DNA of 64,000 nt from Camelus dromedarius (Eukaryota). The DNA is taken from the NCBI RefSeq assembly GCF_036321535.1, contig NC_087437.1, forward strand, positions 78,680,001 through 78,744,000, read 5' to 3'. How positions within the stretch are numbered: the stretch's first letter is position 1; every line of letters begins with the position of its first letter. A program made the translations under genes and the position numbers. Positions 1-14,180 of this stretch are shown piece after piece. The notes under the pieces were generated by a model. It was not told the DNA's origin, searched no databases, and worked only from the letters and a program-made list of their open reading frames with translations.

Positions 1-441
1 TAATTTCCTAGGGCTGCCATAACAAACTACCATAAACTTGATACTTAAAGCCACAGAAATGCATTCTCTCAGAGTTCTGGAGGCCAGAAGACTGAAATCC
101 AGGTGTCAGCAGGACCGCATTATCTCTGGAGACTCTAGGGGAGAATCGTGCCTTTCCTCTTCCAGCCTTTAGTGGTTTCCAGTGTTCCTTGGTTGCAACT
201 ACTTAACTAATTTCTGCCTCCATCTTCATATGTCTTTCTCCTTATGCTTCTCTTTTCTGTGTGTCTTATAAGGACACTTATTGTTGGAATTAGGGCCCAC
301 TTGTATAACCCCAAATAATTTCCTATCAATACTCTTAACTACATTTGCAGAGATTCTTTTTCTAATTAAGGTGACATTCACAGGTTCTGGAGGGTTAGGA
401 CATGAACACATTGTTTTAAGGTCACCATTCAACCCACTATA
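1..441 (-). mobile_element. MaLR solo LTR, MLT1B/C-like
   Basis: Reverse-strand MLT1 hallmarks: 'agggctgccataacaaactaccataaact', 'gttctggaggccagaag', 'gactctaggggagaatc', 'aaggtgacattcacaggttctgg', 'cattcaacccactata'. Confidence 0.85.
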
Positions 442-2467
442 GGGGACATGGTGAGTAGACCTGTTTTAGTTAATCTGGTTCTTTAAAGGTTGCAGGATAT
501 TTTTAATAAACTGCAGACAATAATCATTGAAATACATAGATATCACTAAGAATACTTTGGCTTGGCTGATGACCAATTATAATAAGAAATACAATTGAAT
601 ATAAAATATTAAAACATTTAAATGTCAGAATAATGGAAATTTATACTGCAGAAAAAGGTTTATAAATATTTTATGTGAATTTTAAAGTGCCTGAAAAATA
701 TTAACTCAATAAGGAATAATGATGATGAAATTTGACTTCTGAGGAAGGGATGGTTTTCAAACATGTATTGTCCCTCCCAGAGCTGACTTCTAGTATTCAA
801 ACATTGTGCCATAATTTATTGTCTCTTCATCCCAAGATGGTGTAAAAAAGTCATGAATCGTAATCAGAGGTTTCTCCATCCCCTCAATAGCCACTTTTGA
901 GGCCCAGAAAATACCATTCTAAGAATCTGGTAAAGTAGGGAACAGTTTCCTGTGTTTGGACTTAGAACAGTCCTCAGCATGGTCCATTGATCAGATTTTT
1001 CCAACAGGATGTATAGAGTAGGGAGGAACAAGAAGAGCCTTAAATGAGTCGTTTTGTATTTTGTTATGTTTTTTGGTTAAGAAAAAAGAGAGCTCTCCAG
1101 AGAGATCCAATAATTAGCCTTTGTCCCTACAGTTGCAAGACTTGGGGGAGACTTCACACTTTGAGCAGAAAAGCCGTATCTGTTATGGTTTGACTTACAG
1201 TGAATGAGTTTTGAAAGTCTCAGAATGTGTAACAAATAGAACTTGGATAAGGGGCAGGGAGGGGATGAGGCAGGTGGAATGAACACAGTTCAAAATCAAG
1301 GTGCACATTCTAAAATACAGAGCATATACAATGAATGACCACAGGACAATGTCAGGAGGGAAATCAGAAAATGAAACAAAACAAGTCACCACAGTTTATT
1401 TAAAAGTTGTAACTTTAACTTGCAGAGTCTGTATGTATCAGATAAAATTAACCAGCTATACATAAAATAAGAACATAGAGAACCAATGGAGACAGACTGA
1501 TAGCAAGGGAAAGTAGTAAAAGAAAGATGTGGTTCTGCTGGGAATAACTGCTCTAATTCCCTCCCATCATTGCAGTAGTAAAGAAAAAAACTGACTTTCT
1601 TAGCAGCATCTGAATCTGCTAATTAGCAACATAATTCGGGGCCTGATGTTCATTGTCCCAGTAATAGCTTTCCTGCATTAACTCTTAGTATATGCAAGCA
1701 GGCATAAGATATGGAAACATCCTAAACAATTTCTAAGGTTTTAGGACATTTGGACCGAAAGTGTACTGCTAATCATGAACTAAAAAGAAAATCAAGCATA
1801 AGAAAAATGTCCAGTCAACAGACAGAATTACAGATAAAAGTAAAAGAGGTAATAAGGGAGTGAGTGATTTTGTTTATAGACTTGACTGGTTGACTAGCAT
1901 GCAATTATGGGACCTGTTTCCATTTTGCTTTTTGTAAAAATAATTGGTGTGTGCCACATAAGGATCTATTTTAATAAATGGGTCTCTTCACAAAGCAGAG
2001 GAATGATAGTGTAGAATGGCAGCATAATTTAGCTTGGTGAGGGCTCGATGTGGACACCATTAGCTACAGCATTTCTTATGACACACTGTACTTAGAACGA
2101 CTGCTCAGCGTGGATGAGCAATGCAAATGGTAAGTGGAGTTGCAGCTTGTAGTGTCATGGGTCCAACTGAGCTAATTAATTAGACTGCACTTCTGCATTA
2201 GCCATGTCTCAGCAGAGTGCTATGGAGATGGGGAGACAGAAAGAGCTAGTTCTTGAAGGAAGCATACATCTAGACAATGGATGGCATACTGACTGTAGCT
2301 CAATAGGCAAAAAGATAATTGGAGTTTTCTTAAGAAAACAGCAAATATAAAGGGATCTGCCCATGTCATATTTATAGCTATTTTGCTATCCAGAAAATGG
2401 TTTAAGGATATAAGATCCTCAAATAATGGTAAATCAACTAAAGCAATAAGGGTAATCTCCTCGATAA

Positions 2468-2647
2468 CATTGGTTCTCAAACTTAGCTTTACGTTGTATT
2501 CACGGGGGAAATATAAAAACTACAGATGCCTAGGTCACACCCCAGGGATTTTAATCTAAATGATCTTGGTTGGAGTCTGTCCTTGGGGATTTTTTTTGGA
2601 AGTCCCTGAGGTAATTCCAACTTGTAACCAAAGTTAAGAACCACTAA
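2468..2647. mobile_element. MER5A-like hAT-Charlie MITE
   Basis: Terminal inverted repeats 'tggttctcaaactt' ... 'aagttaagaaccact'; internal 'acagatgcctaggtcacaccc' and 'aagtccctgaggtaattcc'. Confidence 0.75.
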
Positions 2648-3084
2648 TCTATCATATTCTGCACCAAATGAATGGTATGCAGCTCTTACTACATGTTAAA
2701 ATCACTTGAGAAGTTTTAAAAACAAATCAGATTCTGAACAAAGTAAGGCCTGAGTTTTGGAAGTATTCAAAATTCTTATTAATTTACTAAAAAGACATAT
2801 AACAATTACCAATATAAACCAAGCACCACACTTAGTAATAAGGAAACAAATGCAAGACTGCTCCTTGTAATCAAGAAATGCAAGTATTTTGAAAGGACTT
2901 TATGGTTTAAAAAGGATTTATAATTGCCTAATGGATTGAATATTATTATTAGCTGCACTCTGCCTCTTTTCCAAGGACTATTCCTATAGAAGTGTTTGAA
3001 AAACGGGGAAAACTTTTTGAGAAACTGTCTTTGGATCAAGTGTTAGTTTGGCAAATTACAAATCAGAAAAAGGCAAAATAGTAA

Positions 3085-3280
3085 GGTACAGAGAGCAGAG
3101 ACTGGGAATTAGATCCAACTTTGCCACTAGTTTGTTCTGCAACTTTAGGAAAATTATTTGATTTTAGATTTATATATTGAGGAAACAGTGTTTGCTCAAA
3201 TTATCACACAATCTTGTTAAGGATATCGAACCAATTCAATCAAATAAGATAAGAGATACCCAAATGCTTTGAAACAGATC
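3085..3280 (+). mobile_element. MIR SINE remnant
   Basis: MIR core-like 'gactgggaattagatccaactttgccactagtttgttctgcaactttaggaaaatta'. Confidence 0.5.
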
Positions 3281-3534
3281 AAGATTTACAAAAGTATTTT
3301 CAAGATTAATGTGAAAATGGTTATAAATCAGACCCAACTCATGTGTATGCTACAGAGAAAAATCTGTCAAAACGATAAAATATCTGTGTTGTTTATCATG
3401 ACACCCTGTCATTTCAAAATACTTTCATAACTTGCTACATGTACTAAGATTAACATATATTTAATATTAACTACATTATGTCTTTAAATGATTTCCTGAT
3501 GGAACCTTAATATCTGCATAATTAAATTACTTTT

Positions 3535-3900
3535 AATTTAATTCAATACATTATTATTAAACCTGTTATGTAAAATGTTCTGTCAAAAACTAAAAATATA
3601 TAAATGAATAAGGCACAATTTGTGCCCTTCAAGTAGCCTGGTCCAGTTTGTTCACACACAGACACACACACACATACATCTCTCTCAACATCTATCTATA
3701 TATTAATCATCTATCTATCTAACTATTAAAATGTGAAAATTCAGAAGAGAATATGAGTTAAAGGGCTAAGGAAACAGAGTAGGTAAAACTCATTCTGTCA
3801 GAAGCAGGTTTCACAGATAAAATGATATTCAAATTGTTTTGAAGAAGGAGTGGGAGCTGGCCAGACAGGATGAAGAGCCACCTGGGCAGAGAAAACAGCA
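3535..3900 (-). mobile_element. L2 LINE 3' end remnant containing a CA/TCTA microsatellite
   Basis: 'attcaatacattattattaaacctgttatgt ... aaatgaataaggcacaatttgtgcccttcaagtagc' resembles the reverse of the L2 3' end. Confidence 0.55.
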
Positions 3901-5249
3901 AGAGAAAATACAGAGAATAGTGAAAACATACAGTGTGTCTGTAATGTCACACTCTTCATCTCAAAAGTTTCTTCAGTTTGGATAATGCAATCTACACTGT
4001 GTGGATGTTTCCAAGCATCTTTCAAGTGAACCACTACTTCCATGTCATAGACATTCTATCCTCTTCAAGAAATTCATTGTGCAAAAGTTGAAGTCAATTT
4101 TACATTTTAGTCAAATACTTTCTTGACTACTGACTAAATATCCCAATATACTTTGTAGGTCAAATGTTTTGGTAACAGCTATCTAATTTGACCTTGAACT
4201 CAATGCTGCCCGTTTAGGAAAAACTTATGTGCATTCACATGGAATGATATGGAACTCTGAATGACAGAATCTGAATGTAATGCCTTCTCAATAATAATTT
4301 ACTAACATGAATAGAGATAAGTATGTGAGTTTATTGATTTTGTAAACATATAACTACAACTTTTCTATAGATGTGAGAGTTGATTTACTGTGTTGATGAG
4401 TTTTCCAGAATTTAGTCTAGAGGCTCTCATACATATACAAATCATATGATCACTCCAATCCAGTGGCAAAAAGGTGTCTTTCCCTTGAATGGAATTCCCA
4501 TTTGATGAAGAGACAGCAGCATTTTCATCAACATGTTGCCCCTTAGAATCCTATGAGATTGCAGTTTCATACCTTGCAGATTGTATATGTTAAAAAAAAA
4601 TCTTTTGAAAGAGACAGGACAGAATTATATTTGACAGGTTAAAAATGTAAAAAAAAAAGCTACAATAATTTTAAAGTATATATATATATATAAACAGAAT
4701 TTATTGGCAAAAAAACTATGAAATACTGTTGGGAAGTGTCTTTTTTCATATTAATATGGAATGAGGAGATCAATCCAATGGGTATCTTTTACAATTGTAA
4801 GAAAAAGCAAATATGGCAATTAGAGGAAATAAATCTGTAAAAAATAAAAGTTAACTATGGAGAAATTTGTAAGTTATTGTTTTGTTTTGCTTTGCTTTTT
4901 TTAATTTAAGAAATACTTGTACATATCTAAAAAGTTTCATAACAAAAATAAAAATTTCCTGGCTATAACCTCTACCTGCTCAGTCTCAGTCTCCAGTTAT
5001 AACTTTTTCAAGATTCTTTTCACTTTTTGTATGGAGTTCCTTCAGTCTCCCAGATATTTTGTTTATGCTGTTATTTTATGATTTATCCAATCTAGAAATA
5101 AGATGAAACTTTTAATATGAGGATGAACTCATTCCCATAGCTCTTTTATCCTATCCCTCATTTCCATTCACCACTCTCTAGCAGTACATTTTAAAAACTT
5201 TTTATTTCCATTTTTTTTCGATCATCATTCATCATCGTATGATATACCA

Positions 5250-5503
5250 ATGGGATCCTAGGTCCAGTGCCAGGAGCAGTGGTGGATGAAGCTGTGATCT
5301 ATTGACCCAGGGCTATGACAGAGGTCCCTACTGCCCTGCTTCTGTGCTTGACTGGGCTGTTGTTCTGGCTAACCAGCATCCCTTTATGCCCACATTCTAA
5401 GTCAGGTCACTTATTCCAATAGTTCTATGAGCTACCTACTACTATTTCAATAAATTATTTTTTCTTTGCTAAGTTATCTATGGTGATTTGTATTTGGAAT
5501 ATC
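5250..5503 (+). mobile_element. Old ERVL/MaLR-type LTR 3' fragment (LTR16-like)
   Basis: 'gttctatgagctacc...ttcaataaattatttttctttgctaagttatc' resembles the polyA/U5 end of class III LTRs. Confidence 0.45.
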
Positions 5504-5787
5504 ATTTATCACTCTGTGTTAATTTACATTTTTTAGATATAAATAATAGTTGGTATGTTTCCTTTAAAAATTTTTTAATAATTAGGTATCTTTCATTTTC
5601 AGTCTTTCATTTCTAACTGACTAAACAGAACTTATTCTACAGAGAGATTCGGTCTTGGCCTTTCAAAAATTAAAAAGAGAGAAAATTATCAATTGCTCAG
5701 CCATTGTAATAGCTCAGTTGGGATATAGTAAAATGAGTCCAAGTGAGAGACTATCAATATAGAAGCAAATGACAAAACTTTCAGGAT

Positions 5788-5843
5788 AAAAAAAAAAAAA
5801 AAAAAAAAGAAGAAGAAGAAGAAAAGGCAAAAGAAAAGAAAAA
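5788..5843 (+). repeat. Poly-A / (GAA)n purine tract
   Basis: About 21 A followed by gaaagaagaagaagaaaaggcaaaagaaaagaaaaa. Confidence 0.9.
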
Positions 5844-6144
5844 GGTCAGCCATAAAGAATGAAAATGAACTAGGGGAATAAGGTTCATGAAAGCCAAAAA
5901 TACAGATAATTATAAGAACAAGGAAAAGCTGAGTAATAATTCCCAGAATTTTTAAAGAATATAAGATGCTGGAAGAAACTGTAGTGTTTACTGAAAAACA
6001 TATCCTTTCTTATCTTCAAGAAAGGAGTTTAAAAAGAAATGTGGTAACAGAAGTCAGATAGAAAATATTGTGTACCATATATTGTATAAAGGTAGTATAG
6101 GGAATAATCTTGCTACTATAAAAATAATAAATGTGACAGTGTCA

Positions 6145-6300
6145 CATGGAGACAGGCAGAACATAGCTAATCTCAATTCTACCATTTACCTGTGACATTG
6201 GGCAAATTAACCCTTAATCCTCTAATTAACCCTTAACCCTCTTAATTAACTCATCAATAAAATTTGAAGTATTATATATGTTACAATGCATAGTTGTTAT
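6145..6300 (+). mobile_element. MIR remnant with an internal 19-bp duplication
   Basis: 'ctaccatttacctgtgacattgggcaaattaacc...ctcatcaataaaatt'; 'aattaacccttaa(t/c)cctct' occurs twice. Confidence 0.55.
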
Positions 6301-8263
6301 GCTTTCAGTAAATCTCTCCCTCCTTAAATGGAGTGACTGATAGGACTTCTGAATGTTTTTGGGTTTATTTTTTCTGGCTTTTTTCTGGCTTTCTTTTTTT
6401 TTTAATAAGAGAAGTTGGAGCATTTTATGGCCAGATTTGGGGGAATAAAACGTGCAAGTGAGAGAACAGATACAATGAAGAGGAAAGGAATAAAATAGAA
6501 GACAAAAAGGAGTGTTGTAACTGATGAAACAGGTGTGTGTGAAATTTAGAATCAGTTAAATCTAAGCCAGCAGCTCTGTAAAGAATAGAGTTGTTCTCTT
6601 ATGATGCAGTAAAGAAGAATGACAAATTGATAAAAAAAAAATAATAATAATACAGAATATGTATGAGGTGACAAAAGTAAATGTGGAGCTTTGTGTTAAA
6701 TGGCTTCGATCTCAGGAATTTAAAAAATAATGCCAATTATAAGTATGATGAAAAGCTGGGGTCAGAAAAGGATGAATAAAAATGCAGAAAATATTTGTAG
6801 TGAATGATGCAGAGGATGACAATGAACTGAAACAATTGTGAGGGCAGAATAATTCCAAAGCAAATAGTAGTAGAATCAGTTATCTTTCAAATAATTTTGT
6901 TATATTTTAGCAGTGTAGACTCATCTATCTCATAGTACAATATGATAGCAACAGAAAAAATTAGAAGCTGTAATAAATCTTTATTGGTTCCAGAACATAC
7001 TTTGGACATTGATTTGTTGGTTAAATTCTCAGCTGCAATTTTTTTTTTGAAATTTAACTATTTTGTTAACAGTTAAATATATAACATTCTGAAGGAGGAT
7101 CTGAAAACTGGAGGTTGTTCTTGAAGCTTCTTAGATGGTAAAAAGTAAATGTTTTTCAAGTTACACTTATATCTATGAATAAAATAAGAAATGGTACTAG
7201 AAAGTATAAAATTCAAAGATTATTTTCATTGCTTTATTTCCAGTTATAATATGCATTTTCAATTGGTGGATCTCTGGAGAATATGAATATGGAAAAATAA
7301 ACTCCAATTTCTCTTTAAATAACATAAGCTATATTGATTTGCTTATAATGTGTGTCTCTCTAAAATATTGTTGATAATCAGCTTGACTACAAATGGAAAG
7401 ACAAGGGAGACTTTTGAACTCAGTGTCATGTGTACTTAATAGAAAAACGGAGAATGTGTTAATAGTCTTAAGAATCAGTCCTTTCCTACATCTCTGCTTG
7501 TCTCTTCTTTACTTTCTTCCTTTATCTTTTACCTTTTGAAATGAATGCATTTCTTCATACTACCCAAATATTTACTATTATTGAAGAGGACTGCTCCTAT
7601 TCCTTAGTCATTAACTTGTAATAAGAGTTAACAAAAAACTTCTTCAATTATTGCCATTAAATCACTTGGATGCAAAAACATATTTTTACCTTCTTAGCTT
7701 TGAAATGTTCATTATACAGCATTTCCTCAACCAGGTATATAAATAAAAGAAAACAGGTGGTGGAATACTTAGTTGTATTTTATACTCTAACCTCTGATTC
7801 TTGAATCTTGAATCATGGAATAATTCAGCTTAATCGGGGCAGAGGAGATAAAAGGCAGGTAAATATACCCTTTATTACATGTATAGCTTCTAAATTAGCC
7901 ATCCTGAAGAAGACATTCATTATGTATTGCTCTGGGAAGTTTCAGCTCTGTAGCTGCTCTTCAGATATGACCATGCCAAAGCTGATAGATTCTGCAACAT
8001 TCTAGAAAAGCCTTGAATTCACACCTCTTTAGTTATTTAGAATATATGACTTCATAGGAAAATAAGACTCTAGAATCTAGTTGGTAAAGAAGCTCTGAGG
8101 AAGAAGGATTGCTAAATAAGGTTGGAGTTCAAGGTGAAGGTGAGTTGATTTTGTCTCAGCCCATCTTTAACAGGAGCATTAGAGTCAGTGATAATGAGTG
8201 TTTTGCATTATTTTATACCTCTTTTCATTGTGCTTATGATACCAATAATTATTCTTACTAATC

Positions 8264-8791
8264 TGTTAGGTAGTTTGATAGGTAGGGTCACGGGGCAGAT
8301 AGGTGGAAAAGAGGGAGGATGATGGTGTTATGCCCACCTCCAGCATAAAGGGACTTTACTTCATCTAAATGAGTGCCAACAAGAAACTGGTTAAAACCTG
8401 ACAGCCACTACTGCATGGTAGCAGAAAGGACAACGGGATAAGACCCAATGTTCACTGTATTATAATTAACATTTTGGTTAACACTGCCCCCCAACCCCCC
8501 ATGGGTTTTTCTGTGTACACCATGGGTAAGGACATGAGCAAAAGGGGCCAGACATGACTAAGCATTCCAGGGACAAGAGCCATCAATCAATCAAAAGACC
8601 ACCTCTAAGAGAGGGTATAAGAGAAAGGGAGACAGTAACCTACACTTTCCTCCCTTAGATCAGCCCGCCTCCTTGGAGGTGTACTTTTTCTTTTCTAAAT
8701 AAATCTTTAAAATCTCCACTACACAACGCACCATCCCCTGACTGTAAACTTATCTTTCAGGTATGACAAGAATGTTACCTTTTGGAGTAAC
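8264..8791 (+). mobile_element. ERV1-type solo LTR inserted into an old L1
   Basis: Starts TGTTAGG; TATA-like 'gggtataagag' near 8613; AATAAA near 8698; U5-like 'gacaagaat...ggagtaac'; imperfect flanking repeat taatc/taaac; L1 sequence resumes after it. Confidence 0.7.
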
Positions 8792-8799
8792 TAAACAAA

Positions 8800-9600
8800 A
8801 GGAAATTTGATGGACCAAAATGGTACATCAGTTTTGTTTTAATTCCCACTTATTTGTATATAAATGACATTGTTATTCCATATTTGTTATTAGAGCTATG
8901 TATCTTTCTTCTTTTGTTAATTATCTGCTTTCTTTGCCTGTTTATTGTTTTATATTTTAGTTTTTTTCCTACTGAAGTGTACCAGGTTTTTAAACACATT
9001 AAGGTTGTCAACCCCTCGTCTATTTTTTTCCTTGCAATGATTTCCCAAGTGGGTACATTCTAATGACTTCAATTTCAAAGTTATATTATAGATTTTACCA
9101 AAACTTTAATTTTGAATTTTTCTTTTTGTTGTTAGAATATTTCCCTACAGCATAGAAATTTCATAAACATTATTCAGGCATTTAAACTTTGATATTTTAA
9201 CTCTTTAAAACTCAACTTTGTTTTTCATAAATGTGTTTAATTTGCCCTAGCATTATTTATTGAATAGTTCTTATGCTTCAGTGTTCTCTTTCTAATATGT
9301 TACATGTTTACATATAGTAAAATCATCTATTTGTTGAGTCTCTTAACTTTTCTTCCAAATAAGGTCACAAATAATTTATATATAGTAGCAAATTATATTA
9401 TAAATTGTTTACATATAATACATGGTAGTAAACTGTATAATATAATATAAATTATAATTATATTGTAGTAAACATTTATATATAGTAAGAAAGTCTTTAT
9501 ATTTCCAATCTATATCAAATTTTGGAATATAATTTTGTTGTCTACATTACTTATATTTTTCATTTTTCAAAACATGCTTATATCTTTTTGCTAATGTTTA
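8800..9600 (-). mobile_element. Highly decayed L1M fragment
   Basis: T-rich antisense L1 ORF2/3' motifs such as 'aaaatggtacatcagttttgtttttaatt', 'gcaatgatttccca' and 'agcattatttattgaatagt'. Confidence 0.5.
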
Positions 9601-11465
9601 TTGTCGTAAATAGGGCTATTCTTCTCCTTACTCCCACTTAACCCCAGGGAGAAATAAATTCTGAGGGTTTTAAAAGCCACTGAGACTGAATTTTCTTCTG
9701 AGTCTGTAATTCTTACATTTAGACTTAGCCTTCCTGCAGGAGCTGAGGAGGTGGTATGCAAGAGAAGAAGAATAGCGAGGTGAATGGGAATGCAAAAAGG
9801 ATACCTGGGATCTAGTAACTGACATGTTAATTTCCCACCTAAATATATTTGCATAATCCTTTTTCCAAATTCTGTTTGAAACACAATTGTTGGGCAAAAA
9901 TATAATATATTATCCTTTTCTTTTCATTTTTCTCTTTTCCTTTATGTATAATTAATTTATTTAGTCTTTCCTGGCTTTATTTTTATTTCTACAGGAAGAT
10001 GATTATACAATATCAACAATATATCATTTAAGTTGCTTCCCCATCAATAACCTCCCTCACAGATTGTCCTCCAGCTGCTAGTGGCTGTTTCTCTCCATGA
10101 AAGGCTCACACCCCCACAACTTCAAGTAACATTACTATTAAGAAAGCCCTTCTACATAAATGCCCTGTTAAATTAAATATCCTGATAATGGGGCAGGTCA
10201 AATCTGGTGTAGCTGACTTTAATCATTTTAATATCATTAATGGATTTAACAGAATCTAAGAAAATATGATGGCTCTACATAGCTCTTGGATTAAAAAAAA
10301 AAAAAAGTCATTCAAATTATATTTTGGTGCCAGAGAGTAAAAGAAAGGTGATTACTATTCTAAAAGGCAATGAAAATATGTACATCTCCAGATGAAATTG
10401 TAGTAAATGATTCATGTAATACATTAAAAATATAAATGCACAGTTAATTTATTTTCTAATTAAACATCTACTTTTGTTTTACATTCTAAGGCCTCAAGTG
10501 TCATACCTACCTCTAAGCTGTAAGATCATCCAGGAATGAATAAAAATTATAACTATAATGTTATCTTATATCTTAGGTCTCTGAGAAACATTTGTTATAT
10601 TTAAATATGTATAAAATAATTAAAAGCACATGTCACAGGATAGTAGATAAAACACGGTGTAAAATTTCCATATAGCTCCTTCTAGTCTGTTAAATAAAAT
10701 CTGTTTCATTTTCTGGCTGAGGCCATTCACACTTTGGAGTAAGGGGATGGTTTAAGACCCATACTCTGGTTAAGAAAATGTACATAAATTGGGATATGTG
10801 AATGTTTATTTATGGCAACTGAAAACATTTGTCATCTGGAATGTTTTGGAGCTGTACAAGAAGCTGTGACCTTCATGGCAGTTTCTTACTCCAAAACCAG
10901 GAGTACATTTCTAACCGCTAACACATAATCATACACATTCCGAGAGGCAGAGTTGTTTGTTTTTTATCATGTCAGGTTAGATTTCTCGGTCAGCTCAAAA
11001 TCATCTAAATGTGCCTTGAAGCAATAAAACAATTGAAACTTCTAACCTATGATTGAACTCCATGGGGCAAAGGGAAAAAGATACAGTGGATAATGTGGTG
11101 GTGACAGAGGGAAAACACAGGGCAAGTGAACTCCAGCGATTCAGTATTCAGCTGAGATGTGCACCACATGGGAAAACTTTAACCATACTTTTAAGGCCAT
11201 GGAGCATTACTGTTCAGCCTGCTGAAACTGCTTATGCTAAGAAAAAACAAACATACTCTTTCTGGGCCCAAGTCCTTTTATCTCCCCAAGTTAATTATAA
11301 TCATTTTTGCTTGGATAAGAGAAGTTGAAAGAAAGAATATCCACACATTTAGTTTTCAGCAAATCTCTGCGGAAGTTCCCTTTACACCTCGTGTAATACA
11401 ATATTTCCTGAGGCCCACGTCTGGGCTGAAAAAATTTAATCTTTACAAAATCTTATAATGGGGAG

Positions 11466-11955
11466 TGCATTAATTTCCTATTGCTGCTATAACAAATTAC
11501 CACAAATCTTATGGCTTATAAAATATTGTCTTACAGTTCTGGAGCTCATGAGTATGAAATGGATCTTACTGGCTAAAATCAAGGTGTTGGCAAGACTGCA
11601 ATCTCGGAGACTCTAAGGAAGAATCAGTTTCTTGACTTCTCCAGCTTTTAGAGGCCACCTACATTCTTTGGTCCTTTTCCACCTTTAAAGCTTGCAAATG
11701 TGGGTCAAATCACTCCAACCTCTTCTTCTGTTGTCATATTTTCTTCTCTGACTCTGCCTCTCTTGCCTCCCTATTTAACTTACGAAAACCCCTGTGATTA
11801 CATTTTACCCAACAAAAAATGCAGAATAATCTCTCCATTTCAAAATTTTTAGCAATCATGTCTTTTAAGTCCCTTTGCTGTGTAAGGTAACATATTCATA
11901 GCTTCTCAAGATTAAAACATAAGCATCTTTGAGGGTCCATTATTTCCCTTTTACA
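11466..11955 (-). mobile_element. MaLR solo LTR, MLT1C-like
   Basis: TG...CA termini; 'ttcctattgctgctataacaaattaccacaaa', 'ggctaaaatcaaggtgttggca', 'taaggtaacatattcatag'; flanks share ggag. Confidence 0.88.
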
Positions 11956-13859
11956 GGAGAGTATGCTTCCATTCTATCTAGGGAACAGCCTCAGAGAGTT
12001 GAAGTAATTGTCACTCAGTCTTTAATTCCTAAAGCCAGAAGTCTGTGTGACTGTATCATCCATGTACTTTCTGTTGCAATGTTTCAAGCATGAGGGGCTT
12101 ACGTCCAATTCTCTGTCAATTCTCTGTCTCTGATTTCTACATCATCCTTGGGCAACATTTAGAAGTTCGAGTGTGCCTGAAAGTTTACAGTAAAAGGAAC
12201 AGCCAGGAAAATTTGGAGTCCAAGAGTAAGGCTCTATGTGACCACTTGTATTTCCTGTGAATTTTGCTGACCACAGCTATATTAAAGAGTGTTCAGAATA
12301 TCCGATAGTATATTAACACTCAAAAATGATGACTTTTTTCTATGGAATATATTTCTCATGGGCAAAAGAAAAATGATACAAATACAAAAATAATATAAGT
12401 TAAGATTTGGCTTTAATCTGATGGTACAGTAATGATTTTTATTCCTACAGATAAATAATAAAAATACAATGTGAAAGACATTAGACTGCATAAATACAAA
12501 TTCATAATTGTAGCTCTCATTTCTTTCCTTCCGAGATAAGGTTAACATTAACATTGAATTTATAATATAGGAGCTGTTCTTTTCTGCCAAATTAGGGAAT
12601 CATAAAATTCCTGTTTATGTCAAGAACATAAAATATAATTATAGAACCACATAATACTCATCTTGAATTATAAGAATTATCAAGAGTAAAATATGATCAA
12701 GAAAGGGAAGTATCTATTTCTCCTAGCTAAATTGTGGGTTTCCATCGTAGTTAACAAATTTTCAAAAATACCATGATGCATTCTAAACTTGACCTCCCAT
12801 TTATTGAGATTGTTAAAGTACTATGATAAAATGTAAGGGCACTTTACTTTTCATGTAAGTACATGCTGTATATGTCCTTTGCTCAAGCTATTACTAGAGA
12901 TGAATGAATCTAAAGAAATAAAAGGAGTATTTAGGATAATCTTTTTCTCTATATTCAAACACATATTTTTAAAAAGTTACAAAGCCTAAAAGTGGTGTTT
13001 TAAAGCATAAATTGTAGCTTTTATATATCATTTTGTACATTGTCTTTTTTATACTGGGACTAGAAGCAATATTTTTCAAATTCAAGGGGAATATGACACC
13101 TATGATGGTCAAAATGAGTAATGTGGTCACGCTAAGTAATATGATGACTAGAGTTTTAAAAGGTGATGATGTTTTAGAATACATTTAGAGAATCTAATTA
13201 AACGAAGGTCTCCCATACCTAATCAATATAAACTGCTCTGTTTTCATTCATCCTTAGTTGTAAGTTATGCTGAAGAATCATTCCAGGGGAAAAAAATGGC
13301 ATGGTACAAAAATCCTGATCTTGTACTAGGATGTACAACATTCGTTACTCAGAGAATAAACAGGTACATATTTTCCTCCTGTCAACTGATTGTATGTTTT
13401 AGACTCCTATTTTGTCCAGAAGTGGACTTGAGATGAAGTACTCAAGAATGTGGGCAGCCCACACAAAAGATTCAGAAATTGTTGACAAACAGTAAATAAG
13501 AAAATGAAGAAAACAGAATGGGATTAGATGTTTTATTTCTGTCACCTAACTCTGGAATGTCTTCTTTCCAACTTTCAACAAATGAGTCCATTATGTTTAC
13601 CTGGAAACAATATTTGTAATAACAGTATGTACCTTTTCTCATAATAGAACCATCAAACATAAAGCCCAAATTAGTATTGTGTTTGTCTTCTTCTTTTATC
13701 ATTCTGGTGAATGCCTATTGCACACATAAGAGAAATCAAACTCCTTTTTATACCAAATTATTATACATACCCTAGTCCCCACCACCTGTCTCACCCCATC
13801 TCCTATCATTTGTCATCTACCTCACCATCCAGTCATACAAACTTGCTTTCTCAGACTTG

Positions 13860-14064
13860 ACAACAGCAAACTCATAGCACTCTCGGTGCTTTTACATTTC
13901 TTGTTTTCTCTGTCTGGAATGTTCTGCTCACATGGATACCTTGTTGAGGCTTGAATTAGAATAAAACTTCTTCAGAGAGATTTTCCCCACCCTCACTATC
14001 TAAAATAGCCAAATTTCACCTCAGCCTATCACTCTGTTATTCTGTTTGGTCTTCTTCAGAGCAC
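13860..14064 (+). mobile_element. L2 LINE remnant
   Basis: 'cttttacatttcttgttttctctgtctggaatgttct', 'ttcagagagattttcc...cactatctaaaatagc'. Confidence 0.6.
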
Positions 14065-14180
14065 CAGGGGATTACATTATTTAGAGGGTCCAGTGAAAAT
14101 TAAAAGTATAAGACTTCTTATTCAAAAACTCTTAAGAATTTTAAGACAGTAACATTAAAGCATTAAACCAAGTGCATATC
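14065..14180 (+). mobile_element. MER45A-like hAT-Tip100 fragment
   Basis: 'agggtccagtgaaaattaaaagt...cttattcaaaaactcttaagaattttaagacagtaacattaaagcattaaaccaagtgc' matches the recalled MER45A body. Confidence 0.7.

Noticed and set aside
6205..6250. Interstitial telomeric repeat (taaccc motifs)
   Set aside because: The units are CCCTTAA, not CCCTAA, and derive from a 19-bp duplication in a MIR.
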